NCBI RefSeq assembly: GCF_006345805.1
Contig: NC_043000.1
Span: 149,358,001-149,422,000, forward strand
Source of the DNA: Octopus sinensis
Taxonomy: Eukaryota
Reading direction: 5' to 3'
Length of the DNA: 64,000 nucleotides
This document shows, piece by piece, positions 13,200-26,999 of this stretch (position 1 is its first letter; every line of letters starts with the position of its first letter). The translations under genes were made by a program, and so were the position numbers. Under the pieces are notes generated by a model. That model did no database searches. It was not told the DNA's origin and worked only from the letters and a program-made list of their open reading frames with translations.

Positions 13200-14390
13200 T
13201 AAGGATCATAATTGGATTAGAAGTGACGTGACGAACTACTTCAATATCACTATGGGGTCATCAAATTCAACCCAGCTGACAACCCTTGTGGTTCTATATC
13301 TCCTGTCTCAAATCAAGAAAAGCTTTCCAAACGTCTCTGTTGGGCTCTATAGGGACGACGCACTCTTGGTAGTAAATGGTTTATCTAAACCAGAGACTGA
13401 GCGAATTAAGAAATCATTAAGAAAATTTCTTTTGAATTTCTTTAATCTCAATATTGTATTTGAGACTGACACAAAAATAGCCAACTTTTTAGTTGTCGCA
13501 TTTTATTTAAATACTAAGTTATATTATCTATACAGCAAACCAAACCAAACATTGTAAGGCCACTGAATTATGTCCACTTGCGGGTTTATGTTTACACAAA
13601 AATATAATCTATAAATGTACAGTGACAAACAATAAACATCAAGTTAGGGTATACATAGGAAGCACTAAAGACTTCAAAAACCGATATAGAACACATGTAA
13701 ATTTCTTCAATAAGTTAAAACATAAAATTTCTATGGTGTTAGCCAGGTACATACACTCCTTAAAAGTACAGAACATTAATTATACATTGTGCTGGTCAAT
13801 CATGGATGAGGCCCCACCATACAATACCATTACTGGCAGATGCCGATTGTGTATAAAAGAATTATACATTATCCTTTACATGTTTAATTCCACTGTTTTA
13901 AATAAGTTTTCTGACTCTATTTATTCCTGCAACCATATATACTATTCAACTTTTATGAGACGATTTAAATTCGAACCCACTTAGCAATATTTTCTGTTGC
14001 ACAACAATATATTGTCAATATAAATATAAATTTTAAGGAAGTCAATAAACAATCTAATTTTTCTGCCATTGGCTCTCATAAAAACTTCCATAATTTACAT
14101 AGCTTTATCCACTCTTCTATAAAAGCACCAAATTATCTCCTACCTGGTAAGGAACTAAATGCATATCTAGTGTAAACACTATTTTCCCCTGATGAGGGGG
14201 TGCATTCTATGGAAATGAATCTTAAGATTCATATGTAATCTGGACGAACATACTCCTGAAACGATCGTTGGAACATCTTATTTTCCTCTAACTGTTACCC
14301 AAAACTCTTTTCAATGCCTATTGCTTTCACTATATTATATTTTGAATTTTTAAAAATGTTTTTTTTTTCATGTTCCATTATTATTTTTAT
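13200..14390 (+). mobile_element. Internally deleted Penelope-like element (RT fragment, GIY-YIG, pLTR)
   Basis: Translations include GLYRDD, CPLAGLC...NIIYKCTV, YIGST...FKNRY..H, WSI and CRLCIKE. Confidence 0.85.
14184..14273 (+). ncRNA. Type I hammerhead ribozyme motif
   Basis: ttccc-CTGATGA-gggggtg...tactcct-GAAAC-gatcgtt-ggaa. Stem III acgatcgt is palindromic, and the cleavage triplet appears mutated (GUU). Confidence 0.7.
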
Positions 14391-14393
14391 CTA

Positions 14394-15681
14394 TCAGGTC
14401 ATCCCATAAGTTCTGTCCGATTTTACCTTTTTTAAAATTGAATGAAATTTAATAGTATTTTAGAATGTCTAATGGAATTAAAAATTATTTTTATGCATTT
14501 CTGTACATTTAAACTAATTAACTATTATTTTACAGAATAATAGAATTAAAATTTCTTTGATTAAAACTCTTTCTAACATGGAAGAATCCAAAGAGCATTT
14601 GAGGCACATAATGATTTATGAGTACAAAAAAGGAAACTCTGCAGCTGAAGCGTCTTGAAACATGCATTCAGTATATAGGAAAGAATGCTTGAATGAAAGA
14701 ACTTGCAGAAGATGGTTTGCAAAATTCAGAAGTGGCGATTTCAGCCTTGGAGATGAAGATCGAACAGGACATCCAGTTGAGTTTGATGATAAGCTCCTTG
14801 AGGCATTACTTGAAGAAGATCCTGCATTATCAGTTGAAGAATAGGCAATAAAGCTTAGTTCAAACCATACAGCTGTTCATCGTCATCTTCAACATCTTGG
14901 AAGGGTTCCAAAACTTGGAAAATGGGTGCCTCATGAATTGTCTAAAAGCAACTGCAAATTCCGAGTTGACATCTGCTCTTCTCTCTATTCTAGCAAACTC
15001 ATTTCACCCTTTTTGGATAGACTTGTGACTGGGGGCGAAAAATGGATCTTCTATCGAAATGTTTAATGTCGTAAGCAGTGGCTTGGTAATAGGGAAAAAG
15101 CTCAACCACAACCGAAAAGGGAACTTCATGGGCAAAAAGGTGCTTCGCTCTATCTAGTGGGATTGCAAAGGAGTAATTTACTTTGAATTGTTACCACCTA
15201 ATATAACAATCAATGCTCAAGTCTACTGTCAGCAATTAGAGCGTTTGAACCAAGCTGTAAAGAAAAAAAGACCCACTTTGGTGAATTGAAAATGAGTAAT
15301 GTTTCGTCAAGACAATGCGTGACCTCACACTGCAAAGATCACATCACAGAAGATTGAAGAACATGGTTAGGAAAAAATTCCTCATCCGCCTTATTCTCCC
15401 GACCTTGCTCCTTCAGACTACCATTTGTTTCGTAGTTTACAGAATCATTTGGGGGACATAACTTTTGCAAACCAGGAGGAGTCAAAACTGACATTTTAGA
15501 GTTCTTCGCTTTGAAACCAAAAGAGTTTTACATTGATGGTATTAAAAAGCTTGTAAATAGATGGAAAGAAGTCATAGATAATCAGGGAAAGTACATTGAT
15601 GATTAAATTTCAATTAAATATAACATTTTATCACTTGTTTTCTTTATTCAAAATTCGGATAGAACTTATGGGATGACAAGA
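14394..15681 (+). mobile_element. Full-length mariner element with inactivated transposase (14578-15606)
   Basis: TIRs tcaggtcatcccataagttct / agaacttatgggatgacaaga with TA flanks. WVPHEL, QDNA and YSPDLAPSDY motifs are present, with in-frame stops. Confidence 0.95.
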
Positions 15682-16202
15682 TATATCCTATTATCATTAT
15701 GTTTACATATCTATATATATATATATGTCCATGTATATTTTTACTATCCATATATTTTTATATTTCTAATATATCAAAATATGTTTCAGATTGGACAATT
15801 CTTATTTTATCCTAATTAAACCCGTATATATATATATGTTCATCGTAGTCTGCTTGATTTGAACCTTTTTTTATTGTGTCTTTTATACTCGTCTAGCACC
15901 TTGGGTTTTTGACTTGAGCACTTCTACGCTATCTATGTTTTTTGAAAGAAAATTATAATTATATATACATATATATATTTATATATACACACATATATAT
16001 ACACATATATATACACATATACACACACACACAAACACATATATATATATATATACACACACACCACACACACATATGTATATGCATTTATATATATACA
16101 TATATACATACATGCACACACACATACACACACATGCATGCCTATATATATATATATATATATACATATACATACACACACACACATATATATATATGTA
16201 TA

Positions 16203-16266
<64 letters not shown>

Positions 16267-16547
16267 CATACAGCCTATGGAATCTACATCTTCACACTTT
16301 CCAATTGTCATAACAAAATATGAACTCCTATCAGAATCTACATACCATGTACAAGAAGCATTTTTTACCATTTCTACACACCAGTTTCCTTGGACAATGG
16401 AACTGCAACTATAACACCCTACATATATTTTTTATTTTCACTTTTGTTCTCTTATTTCCCTTTATATTCTTATTTCCATTTTTTTTTACCAAAATAACTC
16501 CTTATATTGAACTCTACTATTTCTTTCTATTTAAACATCTCACATCA

Positions 16548-16593
16548 TCTCTGATGAAGGGATATCCCTAATAACCCAGAAACAGCCGTAAGA
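16548..16593 (+). ncRNA. Type I hammerhead ribozyme motif in a PLE-like pLTR fragment
   Basis: tct-CTGATGA-aggg...ccca-GAAAC-agcc-GTA-aga. Confidence 0.65.
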
Positions 16594-16661
16594 CTAACCT
16601 GCTCTTTATAAATGTTCTGAAAATTCCACACAGTCATTTTATTTAACATATTATATATATA

Positions 16662-16848
16662 TATATTAAATTAGAGATAAAACCACAATTAGGCAAATCA
16701 AACAGGGAAAAACATAAACCAAAACATAGAAATAAAATTAATTAATATAATATACAAAATATATAAAATATAAAATTCAAAATTATGTTGGTTTATGTTT
16801 TTCACTGTTTGATTTGTCTAATAGTGGTTTTATCTCTAATTTAATATA
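16662..16848. repeat. ~65-bp inverted repeat
   Basis: tattaaattagagataaaaccac...aaacataaacc versus ggtttatgttt...gtggttttatctctaatttaata. Confidence 0.8.
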
Positions 16849-17039
16849 TATATATATTTATACTGTAAAATTAGATTTAATCCTAAATCTAATTTTTCCC
16901 TGTAAGTTTGGATTTACTCCCTAATATTATTCTTATATATATATATATTCAATATAAATGAGTAAGAAAGAGATACAGGTCTCAATTCGTTATGGCTGTC
17001 TCCTATGAATCCTTTAATTAATGAAAACATTACGGGAGA

Positions 17040-17515
17040 CCTATTGAGTCAAGTAAAATCAAAATGAAATGGAAATTGTAGTTGTGACCACTACCAGTGC
17101 TGCCTAACTGGCTCCCGTGCTGGTGGCAGGCAATAAGCACCATTCGTGTGTGGGTCATTGCCAGTGCTGTCTGACTGGCTCTCTGTGCCAGTGGCTTGTA
17201 AAAAACACCATCCAATCATGGTTGATGCCAGCCCCACAACCCCGACTGGCTCCTGTGCCAGTAGCATGTAAAAAGCACCATCCGAATGTGGCTGATGCCA
17301 GTGCTGCCTGACTGGCTCCCATACCGGTGGCATGTAAAAAGTATTCACTACTCTCTTGGAGTAGGAAGGGCATCTAGCTGTAGAAACATTGCCAGATCAG
17401 ACTGGAGCCTGGTGCAGCCTCCTGGCTTGCCAGTCCGCAGCCAAACCATCCAACCCATGCCAACATGGAAAATGGAGTTTAAACGATGATGATGTTGATG
17501 ATGATGATGATGATA
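17040..17515 (+). mobile_element. RTE-type LINE 3' UTR fragment with internal tandem units and (GAT)n tail
   Basis: Homologous to the UTR that follows the RTE ORF end at 28880-29782. Confidence 0.8.
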
Positions 17516-17828
17516 ATGATTGCATCTTTGTAAAATAACCATTTGCATCCGTTAAATTCATGATCTTCAAACACAAAGGGCAATTCATCTTATTCAATAT
17601 AGTTAACAAATTCACAGATTAAAAATATCTACATTGATCCTGCTATTTTTCATTTGGCAGAATGAACTTAGAATAGTGTATATGTGGTCAGAACAAGGAA
17701 GAATTTAGGGGTACTTAGAGTTTATAGTAGGGGGAGGAGATAATTGACTCATGTGACCCAGTTATCTAAACTTCTAATAATAGATGAAAGGTCAGTTGTA
17801 GAATTTTTATCTTAAGTAAGTTGTTTAA

Positions 17829-18049
17829 CCCTTTCGTTACCAACCTGGCTAAAACCGGCTTTGGCTCTTTAATATAAATGTCTTCTTTTCATAAGTTTTC
17901 AATTAAAATCTTCCACTAATTCTTAGTCACAATTTATGTTCTTAACACTAGCTGAATGATAAGTAAGTTATTTTACTAAATTCTTTTTTATATTTAAAAT
18001 AATTGAAAGAAACACAGAACATCTCAAAATAAATACGGTAGCAAAAGGG
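17829..18049. mobile_element. piggyBac-type MITE
   Basis: TTAA on both sides; termini ccctttcgttacc / ggtagcaaaaggg. Confidence 0.75.
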
Positions 18050-18248
18050 TTAAGATAAAAAAATCCAGACAATCAGAACTGATCCTTCATCTATTGTATA
18101 TGTTTCTCTTTAATTTCACTAGTTTTGGAAAAGCCTATGACAGTCCTGGGCAATGTTACCTTCCTGTAACTAAATAATAAAAAAAATAATAAATATCCTT
18201 TATTTTCAAAGATAATTTTCAAAGTTTTCTAATTTTTTTTTAGGTAAA

Positions 18249-18333
18249 ATGAGATCAGTTCAGAAGCTGTGTATGATTGTTTTCATATTTATAACAGTAT
18301 CATTTGTTGCATTTGTAACATTGAAATTTCAAA
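18249..18333 (+). CDS. Coding exon 1 of HtrL/YibB-like gene: start codon and signal anchor MRSVQKLCMIVFIFITVSFVAFVTLKFQ
   Basis: Polypyrimidine acceptor (ttttttttag, ending 18243), ATG at 18249, a hydrophobic stretch after basic residues, and donor A|GTGAGT (phase 1). Confidence 0.7.
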
Positions 18334-19350
18334 GTGAGTAATTTTGTATCCTTTATTTTATGATGTCACATTGATTTCATTTGTATTTTCAATTTATTTT
18401 CCCTATATATGGTTGGATGTTTCTGTAAAATTAAATATTCTATTTGTTATCGCTGATGTTTGACTGACATGCTTAGCTGGATTTCAAATAATTTCTAGCA
18501 TAGAGTTGGTAGAGAGATTAAAGCATTCTTAAAAAAATGAATGCTCTGGGTGTAAGAAATCAAATATAAACATAAATGTTATAACTTCATTTTATTTGAG
18601 TTTGTTACAAAATTAAATCAGGCTAAAGGAATATTGAAACATTTTCTTTGATTTATGGCATGTGAAGAATTTAGATGATAAAAAATCTCCTAATGCCAGA
18701 GAGAAGGATATTTGACATTTGGTGTCAGGGAGCAAGATGAACACCATGGGAAAAGTGTAAACTGAAAATTGATATAATCTTCATACAAATTTCAGCACAT
18801 CTAAAATTAAGAAAATAGAACAGATCCTATAGAATGTAGGCTGAATAAATACATATTTACAAGGAGCTGAGTTAAACTGGCTGTCTGAGACTAAAATATT
18901 TGAAAAAAATATGTGTAAAGCTCATTGGTACATTTAGCCCAGTGCTTTTACCTACAGAGCCACCAGTAATAAAAAGCAGTTACAAATCTTGTAGAATTGC
19001 CACCAAATTGAATCCAATGTTTTCTGTGATGAGTCATATTTCATTTACTATTACTATATTAGAATAGAGAACACAGTCATGTAATTTTCATAATCATTAG
19101 ACTCTCTTTGTAGATACTGAGTTCTGTATTTTGTATCACTAACAATACTTTACAATGAGGTTGGATCAATTTAAAAATGTACTTAGAACACAATGAAATT
19201 AAATACAGTCATCACTTACATTCAGCAGTTAATGATGATGGTATCGAATAGCACAATTATTCGCTGTTGAAATGAAAATTACTCATACTAATTAAAAACA
19301 CATACATGAATTTGTTTGCGTACCAAATATGCAATTATAATGGAAGGATG

Positions 19351-20879
19351 GTTTTTATGATACTTTTGGGGTATCTTCTTCCATTATAATTATGCTTTCA
19401 GTAACTATCTTCACAGCAGTATGTAGTTAGCCTTCTTTCCCATACACGTGAGGTTCAATAACCTCTGGAGACAATGCATGTGGTGTCACAGTGGGACAAA
19501 AGTCTGCTGTGAGCTCCTGGCTTCAAAGTCTTGCTTGACGCCAGTGTGAGAAGAATGAGAGGGAGAATGTTGCCTTTTCCTTAAATAATGGTTGCAGGTG
19601 AGATCTCACTTTTGTCTCGCGTATGGCAATGGTTGCAGGTGAGATCTCGCTGTTTCAAAATGGCATTGGCGTCTTTGTGTCTCACTACTGGGGCTCCTTC
19701 CTGAGAACATTAATGCAAAAATAGAGAATAACTGGAGCAGGCACAGGAAAAGAGCAAAGATGGTAACTAATTGCAAACAAAATATGGTACAAAAATATGA
19801 CAAGTCAAAAAGAAAAATAATTGCAAGGAATATAAATTGGCATGCACAAAATTTGACAAAATGTTCAATGGCAGAATATTGGAATTGTTCAGTAACACAA
19901 GAAAGAAATTGTCTGTCACAGGAAACACAAAAGAGATTGTCAGATATAAATAGTTTTGGTAAGTTTTTTGGGCCAATGCACAGTATGTCCTGTCCTGGTG
20001 ACATAAGGTTTGTTTGTGTTAGGTTGTGGTGACGAAGGTGGAGGTGTAGGTGATGGTGTAGTCAAAGGTAGATGTGTAGGTGGTTGTAAAGGATCAAAAG
20101 TGGGCGTGGCCGGAGTGTCATCAAAGGGTGTAGAAACCTCAAAATATGCCTTTTTAAGTCTGTCAACTGACATGGTCTCTGCCCGACCATTGATGTCGAG
20201 ACTAAAAGTTTTAGGTGTGCGCGATAGCACATGAAATGGTCCTTTTATAGGGAGAAATGAGCGGTCCTCTGACAGAATCATCCCAAGCAAAAACATGAGT
20301 CAACTTGTCAATGTCTGGTGGAACATGAGAGGGAATAGATTGGTCACATGGATACATTGGTGAAAGACTTGAGAAATACGAGCAGTCTGGTGACATACAA
20401 CATTGGATCACGATGTGATGAAGTGGCTGGTGCTAACATTGTACCAGATTTTTATGATACTTTTGGGGTATCTTCTTCCATTATAATTATTCTGTTGATT
20501 CAAGTAGCTGGAAATACGAAGAATGAAGTTCTCAGGTGGAGAAAATTCAGTAACTGTTTATTCACAGGTGCTTCGTACAAGGGGTTTGCTTTCAGTAACC
20601 ATCTTCACAGCAGTGTGTGTTTAGCCTTCTCTCCCATACACGTGAGGTTCAATAACCTCTGGAGACAATGCATATAGTATCACAGCGGGACAAAAGTCTG
20701 CTGTGAGCTCCTGGCTTTGAAGTCTTGCTCGGTGTCAGTGTGAGAAGAATGAGAGGGAAAATGTTGTCTTTTCCTTAGTGGTTGCAGGAGAGATCTCATT
20801 TTTGTCTCACGTATGGCAATGGTTGCAGGTGAGATCTCGCTGTTTCAAAATGGCACTGGCTTCTTTGTGTCTCGCTACA
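19351..20879 (-). mobile_element. Internally deleted Gypsy-type LTR retrotransposon (LTRs ~20448-20879 and ~19351-19688; integrase C-terminus between)
   Basis: Long direct repeats, the upstream one starting TGTAGCGAG on the minus strand. Internal GPFHVL...FSLDINGR..SVDRLKKA is a GPY/F module. Confidence 0.8.
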
Positions 20880-21883
20880 TATTTTTTTTTTGTGAATCTC
20901 TCAATGCTTAACAACAAACTGTAACCAAAAAATTGAGGGAAACTAACAAATATAATAATGCTAAATATAAAAGCAAACTCTCTGTTGTTATTCTATGTCT
21001 ACATAAAATCTTGCCAGATTTTTTATGTACTCTTTTGTATAGTTTTTCAAATAATCAAGATAGCAAAGGAAATCCAATAACGAGAAAATTAGCGAGTGAT
21101 TCAAGGTCTGGACTGTTCTATAATTACAGGAAGAGACTAATCATTATATCCCCATTTCACTTTGATATCTGTAGTTAAAATTAATCAAATATAATGTATC
21201 CATTAGAGATATTTCCATTTGCACCATGCTGACCCTAAACGTTTTGACTAATTTTCAGCCTCACAATTGTTAACATGAAACAAGAAGTATCCGAGTGAGA
21301 TGTTTAATTGAATATCAGAGAGTTATTTAAAAAGAATTCCAATTAAGATTATAATCTTGTGCCAAAGGGAAATTTTGTAGAGACTTGTTTCCCAATGAGA
21401 AATGAAATAATATAAAAAATTATATTTCATATGAACAAGCATCACGATGAATGAATAAAATCATTTAGGGAGTGCTAAAAATACAATTAGAGGGACCAGA
21501 CAGTAATGCTGCACACCTGATAAATTAAATCTGATAAATTACACACCTGATAAATGTATTACTGTCGTTGTTGTTGTCATTGTCATTACTTTAGCATCTT
21601 CTTTTCCTTGCTTGTATGAGTCAGATGAGACTTTGTTGAGGCAGAATCTTCTATGCCCTTCCTGAAACCATCCCTAACCGGTTTCTAAGCAAGATAATAA
21701 TCTCCCAGTCTATCAAATAAGCAGCCTGGACATGCTTTGATGGTAACTACAAAGGGCACCATTTGTATTAACAGTGAGACTTTTGTTTTCAAATGTCAAG
21801 TTGAGGGAGAATGCATCTCAGTCACATACATATACATACATAGATGTGTGTGTGTGTGTGTGTGTATTATGATTGTGATAATA

Positions 21884-23142
21884 TCAGGTCATTAAGATTG
21901 AAAAGTTCAATTTTCTTATGCACCAAGTTTGACAGTCATTAACTCTAATGTTTTATCTTGCCGATTCTTTGTTTTACAACATTGAAGAGGTACGTTATCA
22001 CTTTTCAAAATGCAATTCATGGTGTGAAATTATATTGTGAGTTTTCTCATTTCAAACAGTTTTTGTGAACTCATGGAGAGATAAAAAATTTGTGTTGTTT
22101 ATGAATATGAGTTCCATCATGAAATCAATGCATCTCAGACAGCTTGAAATATGAATGAGGTGTCTGGTGAAGATGTAGTGAATGAGTGCACTGTACGCCG
22201 ATGGTTTGAGAAGTTCCAGCCTGGTGACTTTACTCTTGAAAAATCAACCCCATGGTAGACTTGGAACCAAGGTGGATAATGATGAGCTGGAAACTGTAGT
22301 AGAAGTGGATACATCTCAAACTATGTATGAGTTAGCAGCAAGGTTTGATGTACTGGAACATCTGAAACAAATCAGCAAAGATAAAAAAAGCTGGACAAGT
22401 GGGTACCACATGAACTGAAAGAGTATCAAATGACATATCGTCTTGAAACTTGCTGTTTTTTGCTGTCACGGCGTAAAAGCGAACCATTTTTGCATTGTAT
22501 TATTATGTGTGATGAAAAAGGAATTCTTTTTAACAACAGCAAGTGTTCTGCATAGTGGTTGGATAGAGACGAAATGCCAAAACACAATCCAAAAAAGAAT
22601 ATGCACCAAAAGAAAACTAATGGTGTCTGTTTCGTGGTCCAGGACTGGTCTCATCCACTACAGCTTCATGAGACCTGCTAAGTCAATTACAGCAGATATA
22701 TACATCAATCAGTTAGATGAAATAATGAGTGAACTTGCAATTAAACAACTGAGACAACTGAAACAACTGCAAGACAATGCTTAACAACATGTTGCACAAA
22801 GAACATTACTCAAGATACAGGAACTGAACTTGGAAGTACTTTGTCATCCATCAATTTCATCAGATCTTGCACCAACTGACTATCACGTTTTCCAGGCATT
22901 AGACAACTTTTTGCAAGGAAAAAATTTCAAATCTAAAGAAGATGCAAAAACAGCCTTTCATGGTTTCATCACCTCTTGCTCTCCAGAATTCTTCACTGCC
23001 AGTATAGATAAGCCACCAATAACATGGCAAAATTGTGTTGATAATTTAGGTGCATACATTGAGCTACTGCATTGCATTTTGTTGAGATAAAGCAAAATAT
23101 AATTTCAGTTCAAAACTGGACATTTCCTTCTTAATAACCTGA
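21884..23142 (+). mobile_element. Decayed mariner element
   Basis: TIRs tcaggtcattaag / cttaataacctga with TA flanks. QDNA and HP..SSDLAPTDYH motifs. Confidence 0.9.
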
Positions 23143-23156
23143 TATATATATATATG

Positions 23157-23537
23157 GAAGCACTCCGTCGGTTACGACGATGAGGGTCCCGGTTGATCCA
23201 AATCAACGGAACAGCCTGCTCGTGAAATTAACGTGTAAGTGGCTGAGCACTCCACAGTCACGTGTACCCTTACCGTAGTTCTCGGGGATATTCAGCGTGA
23301 CACAGAGAGTGACAAGGCCGGCCCTTTGAAAATACAAGGTACAACAGAAACAGGAAGTAAGAGTGAGAGAAAGTTGTGGTGAAAGAGTACAGCAGGGTTC
23401 ACCACCATCCCCTGCCGGAGCCTCGTGGAGCTTTAGGTGTTTTCTCTCAATAAACACACACAACGCCCGGTCTGGAATCGAAACCACGATCCTATGACCG
23501 CGAGTCCGCTGCCCTAACCACTGGGCCATTGCGCCTC
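23157..23537 (-). mobile_element. tRNA-derived SINE, family B
   Basis: Head ggcgcaatggcccagtggttagggcagcggactcgcg...ggtttcgattcc. The 3' half is shared with 24338-24655. Confidence 0.85.
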
Positions 23538-23556
23538 TACATATATATATATATAC

Positions 23557-23635
<79 letters not shown>

Positions 23636-23701
23636 GACACAAGTGTGTACAACCATATCTAATGTTTATATATATTTAATATATGTATTATGATGATGAT
23701 G

Positions 23702-23735
<34 letters not shown>

Positions 23736-23817
23736 GAATAATAATAATAATAATGATAATAATAATAATGTATATATATATATATCAAACAAATTAAAAA
23801 CAGAACACAAAGGATAT

Positions 23818-23908
23818 CGCGGTACACGTGTTTCAAGCTTTATAAACAATCTGTTATCACATCAGTATATTATTGATTTAAAAGATGGTTTAAAGCTCTC
23901 TTCAGCTG
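23818..23908 (-). ncRNA. Hammerhead ribozyme motif in a PLE-like pLTR fragment (~23785-24330)
   Basis: Minus strand reads CTGAAGA-gagcttt...aaagctt-GAAAC-acgt-GTA. Stem III is palindromic and stem I is weak. Confidence 0.6.
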
Positions 23909-24337
23909 CAAATATCGTTAGTCCAAAGATTACATTACAAAATAAAAGTACACGTAGTATTACCCATTATAATAGGTTTATCATATCTTCTTGAAAAAAT
24001 ATATTTGTATAAAGGTTCGATGGATTTCAAAAATCTGCCCAACTGTACCACCGTTCAGCATAGAGTGAATGTTAAATAGATTGGATTGAGTTTATATTTA
24101 ATTAGCGTGTATAAGATAGAAAAAATAAAAGTCAGAAAATAAAATAAGAAATATAAATAATAGAAGTAAAAGACAAGAGTAATAAAAATAAAGATAATAA
24201 AGCTAGATACAGAAGAAATAAAAGCATAAAGTAGAAGAGATAAAGAGATAAAGAAAGAGCTGAGAATAGGATTTTGGCTTTGATGAGACGGTAGTGGTCA
24301 TAAATAATTTCTTAGTTTGACCACTCGTTGAATTGTG

Positions 24338-24655
24338 AGGGCGCGTGGCTTAGTGGTTAGGGCATTCGGCTCATGATCGTAAGGTTGTGAGTTCGATTCC
24401 CGGCGACGCGTTGTGTCCTTGAGCAAGACACTTTATTTCACGTTGCTCCAGTCCACTCAGCTGGCAAAAATGAGTTGTACTTGTATTTCAAAGGGTCAGC
24501 CTTGTCACTCTCTGTGTCACGCTGATTATCCCCGAGAACTGCGTTAAGGGTACACGTGTCTGTGGAATGCTCAGCCATTTGCACGTTAATTTCACGAGCA
24601 AGCTGTTCCGTTGATCGTATCAGCTGGGACCCTCATCGTCATAACCGGTGGGGTC
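24338..24655 (+). mobile_element. tRNA-derived SINE, family C
   Basis: Head gggcgcgtggcttagtggttagggc...gagttcgattccc. Shares the 3' body with family B. Confidence 0.85.
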
Positions 24656-24945
24656 TTTAGATTAAGGTTGCAATTTGATATCATTGTGATGAATGGTCAG
24701 TTTACCCAAACTAATCACTAAAAATTAACTAGCTTTATAAATTTATAGTATATGTATAGGTGTGTATACACACGCACTCATACAGATATATATGCTAACA
24801 TGCTCAAGTGTATACAAGTACGCCTCATTATGCACAGCTTTAAATACATGAATCTACACATACATCGCCACACATATCTACAGTTACACCCTAGTAAACA
24901 TATACATACACTACCATATCAACACATCCTTAAGCACACGTACAG

Positions 24946-24981
<36 letters not shown>

Positions 24982-24984
24982 TTC

Positions 24985-25127
24985 TCAAAAGAAAAACAGG
25001 ATTCAAAGGATTTAGCGGTACATATGTTTCTGGCTTTATTGGACAGTTTATATCAATGCATATAAACTGTCCAATAAAGCCAGAAACATAGTACCGCTAA
25101 ATCCTTTGCATCCTGTTTTTCTTTTGA
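24985..25127. repeat. Long hairpin (~68-bp arms) made of PLE pLTR-like sequence
   Basis: Near-perfect palindrome. The right arm gaaacatagtaccgctaaatcctttg resembles the sequence just 3' of the hammerhead at 23818. Confidence 0.8.
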
Positions 25128-25247
25128 TGAATATACCCTATCACCTACACCACTAACTGGCATATACAGGTGCTTACAGTTATCAAGTATTCACCCTGAA
25201 TTTATATATATATATATATATATATGTATAATTTATATATATATATA

Positions 25248-25436
25248 AAGCTCTGTCTGGCACCTGTTCGGGTGGCATGTAAAAAGCACCCACTACACTC
25301 ACAGAGTGGCTGGCATTAGGAAGGGCATCCAGCCGTAGAAACACTGCCAGATCTGACTGGGCCTGATGAAGCCTTCCAGCTTCACAGAACCCAGTTGAAC
25401 CGTCCAACCCATGCTAGCATGGAAAACGGACGCTAA

Positions 25437-25470
<34 letters not shown>
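25248..25470 (+). mobile_element. RTE-type 3' UTR fragment
   Basis: ggaagggcatccagc...ccaacccatgctagcatggaaa followed by (GAT)n. Confidence 0.8.
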
Positions 25471-25471
<1 letters not shown>

Positions 25472-25777
25472 ATATATATATATATATATATATCCATGTA
25501 TATAGAATCCGCATACATTCACGCACGTCCATCTATGTATACACACATACAATACACCTTACAAGTGTATATCTTGTTTCTGAGTATGTAACAGTTATAT
25601 TTAATATACTATTCTCAAATAGATTGAGCTCCATATATTTAAAAGTTTTTAAAAAATGGTTTTTAGATCTGTCTATAAAAAATCCAATAGGCCTGGTATT
25701 AAGTAACAACAAGTTGAAATGAGGAATGATTAATAAAAGAAATTATTTAAAAGAAAAGAAATAAAAGAAATAAATAT

Positions 25778-26190
25778 AGGCGCAGGAGTGGCTGTGTGGT
25801 AAGTAGCTTGCTAACCAACCACATGGTTCCGGGTTCAGTCCCACTGCGTGGCATCTTGGGCACGTGTCTTCTGCTATAGCCCCGGGCCGACCAATGCCTT
25901 GTGAGTGGATTTGGTAGACGGAAACTGAAAGAAGCCTGTCGTATATATGTATATATATATATAAGTGTGTGTGAATATGTTTGTGTGTCTATGTTTGTTC
26001 CCCTAGCATTGCTTGACAACCGATGCTGGTGTGTTTACGTCCCCGTCACTTAGCAGTTCGGCAAAAGAGACCGATAGAATAAGTACTGGGCTTACAAAGA
26101 ATAAGTCGATTTGATCGACTAAAGGCGGTGCTCCAGCATGGCCGCAGTCAAATGACTGAAACAAGTAAAAAGAGTAAAAAGAGTAAAGAG
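25778..26190 (+). mobile_element. SINE family A
   Basis: Full head and tail, as at 7427. Confidence 0.9.
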
Positions 26191-26286
26191 TATAAGTGAT
26201 AAAAGGGATTAGTAAATCTTTATATATAAGCGTGTGAAGGCAGTTATTGATAAAGAAGGAGGACACATAGAATAAAAATATTTTCT

Positions 26287-26410
26287 ATTATGTAAATTTT
26301 CTTGTAGCAAATAAATTCTTATGACTTTCAATAAACTAAAGACAGTTTATGACCAATTTAGTTTATTGAAAGTCATGAGAATTTATTTGCTACAAGAAAA
26401 TTTACATAAT
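26287..26410. repeat. Hairpin with ~53-bp arms
   Basis: attatgtaaattttcttgtagcaaataaattc... versus ...gaatttatttgctacaagaaaatttacataat. Confidence 0.85.
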
Positions 26411-26645
26411 CTATATATATAAAACTGTAGTTGTGTGAGTGTCTGTCTCCTACGATTCGCTATTGAATAAGGGAAGTAACTCTCTAAAAATGTCTACGAT
26501 GAGTCAACGATTTAAAAAAAAATTTACCATCATTTTTTTTCCATTTTTAATGCATTTTTTTGCTATTTTTTGGCTATAACTCTCTAAAAATGCTTATATA
26601 GTTATTTCCCTTACAAACCCGAGCAACGCCGGGCAATACTGCTAG
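26410..26645 (+). mobile_element. Non-autonomous Helitron
   Basis: 5' TC, a subterminal GC hairpin cccg-agcaacgc-cggg, 3' CTAG, inserted between A and T. A homologous copy lies at 34681. Confidence 0.8.
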
Positions 26646-26792
26646 TTAACAATAAATGAAGTAATTGATATAGAGATATAAGGTTCTATAGGAATAGAGG
26701 TATGTAAGAATCATTTTAAAAAAAAAAGAGGGTTTTACAAGAATCATTTAAAAAAAAAAATAATAGTGAAAGAGCATTAGAAGGATGCTTAT

Positions 26793-26964
26793 AGGCGCAG
26801 GAGTGGCTGTGTGGTAAGTAGCTTGCTAACCAACCACATGGTTCCGGGTTCAGTCCCACTGCGTGGCATCTTGGGCACGTGTCTTCTGCTATAGCCCCGG
26901 GCCGACCAATGCCTTGTGAGTGGATTTGGTAGACGGAAACTGAAAGAAGCCTGTCGTATATATG

Positions 26965-26999
<35 letters not shown>

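Noticed and set aside
23460-23537. tRNA genes at SINE heads (also 24338 and 34003)
   Set aside because: A and B boxes are present, but the sequences continue into SINE bodies and lack a proper acceptor stem.
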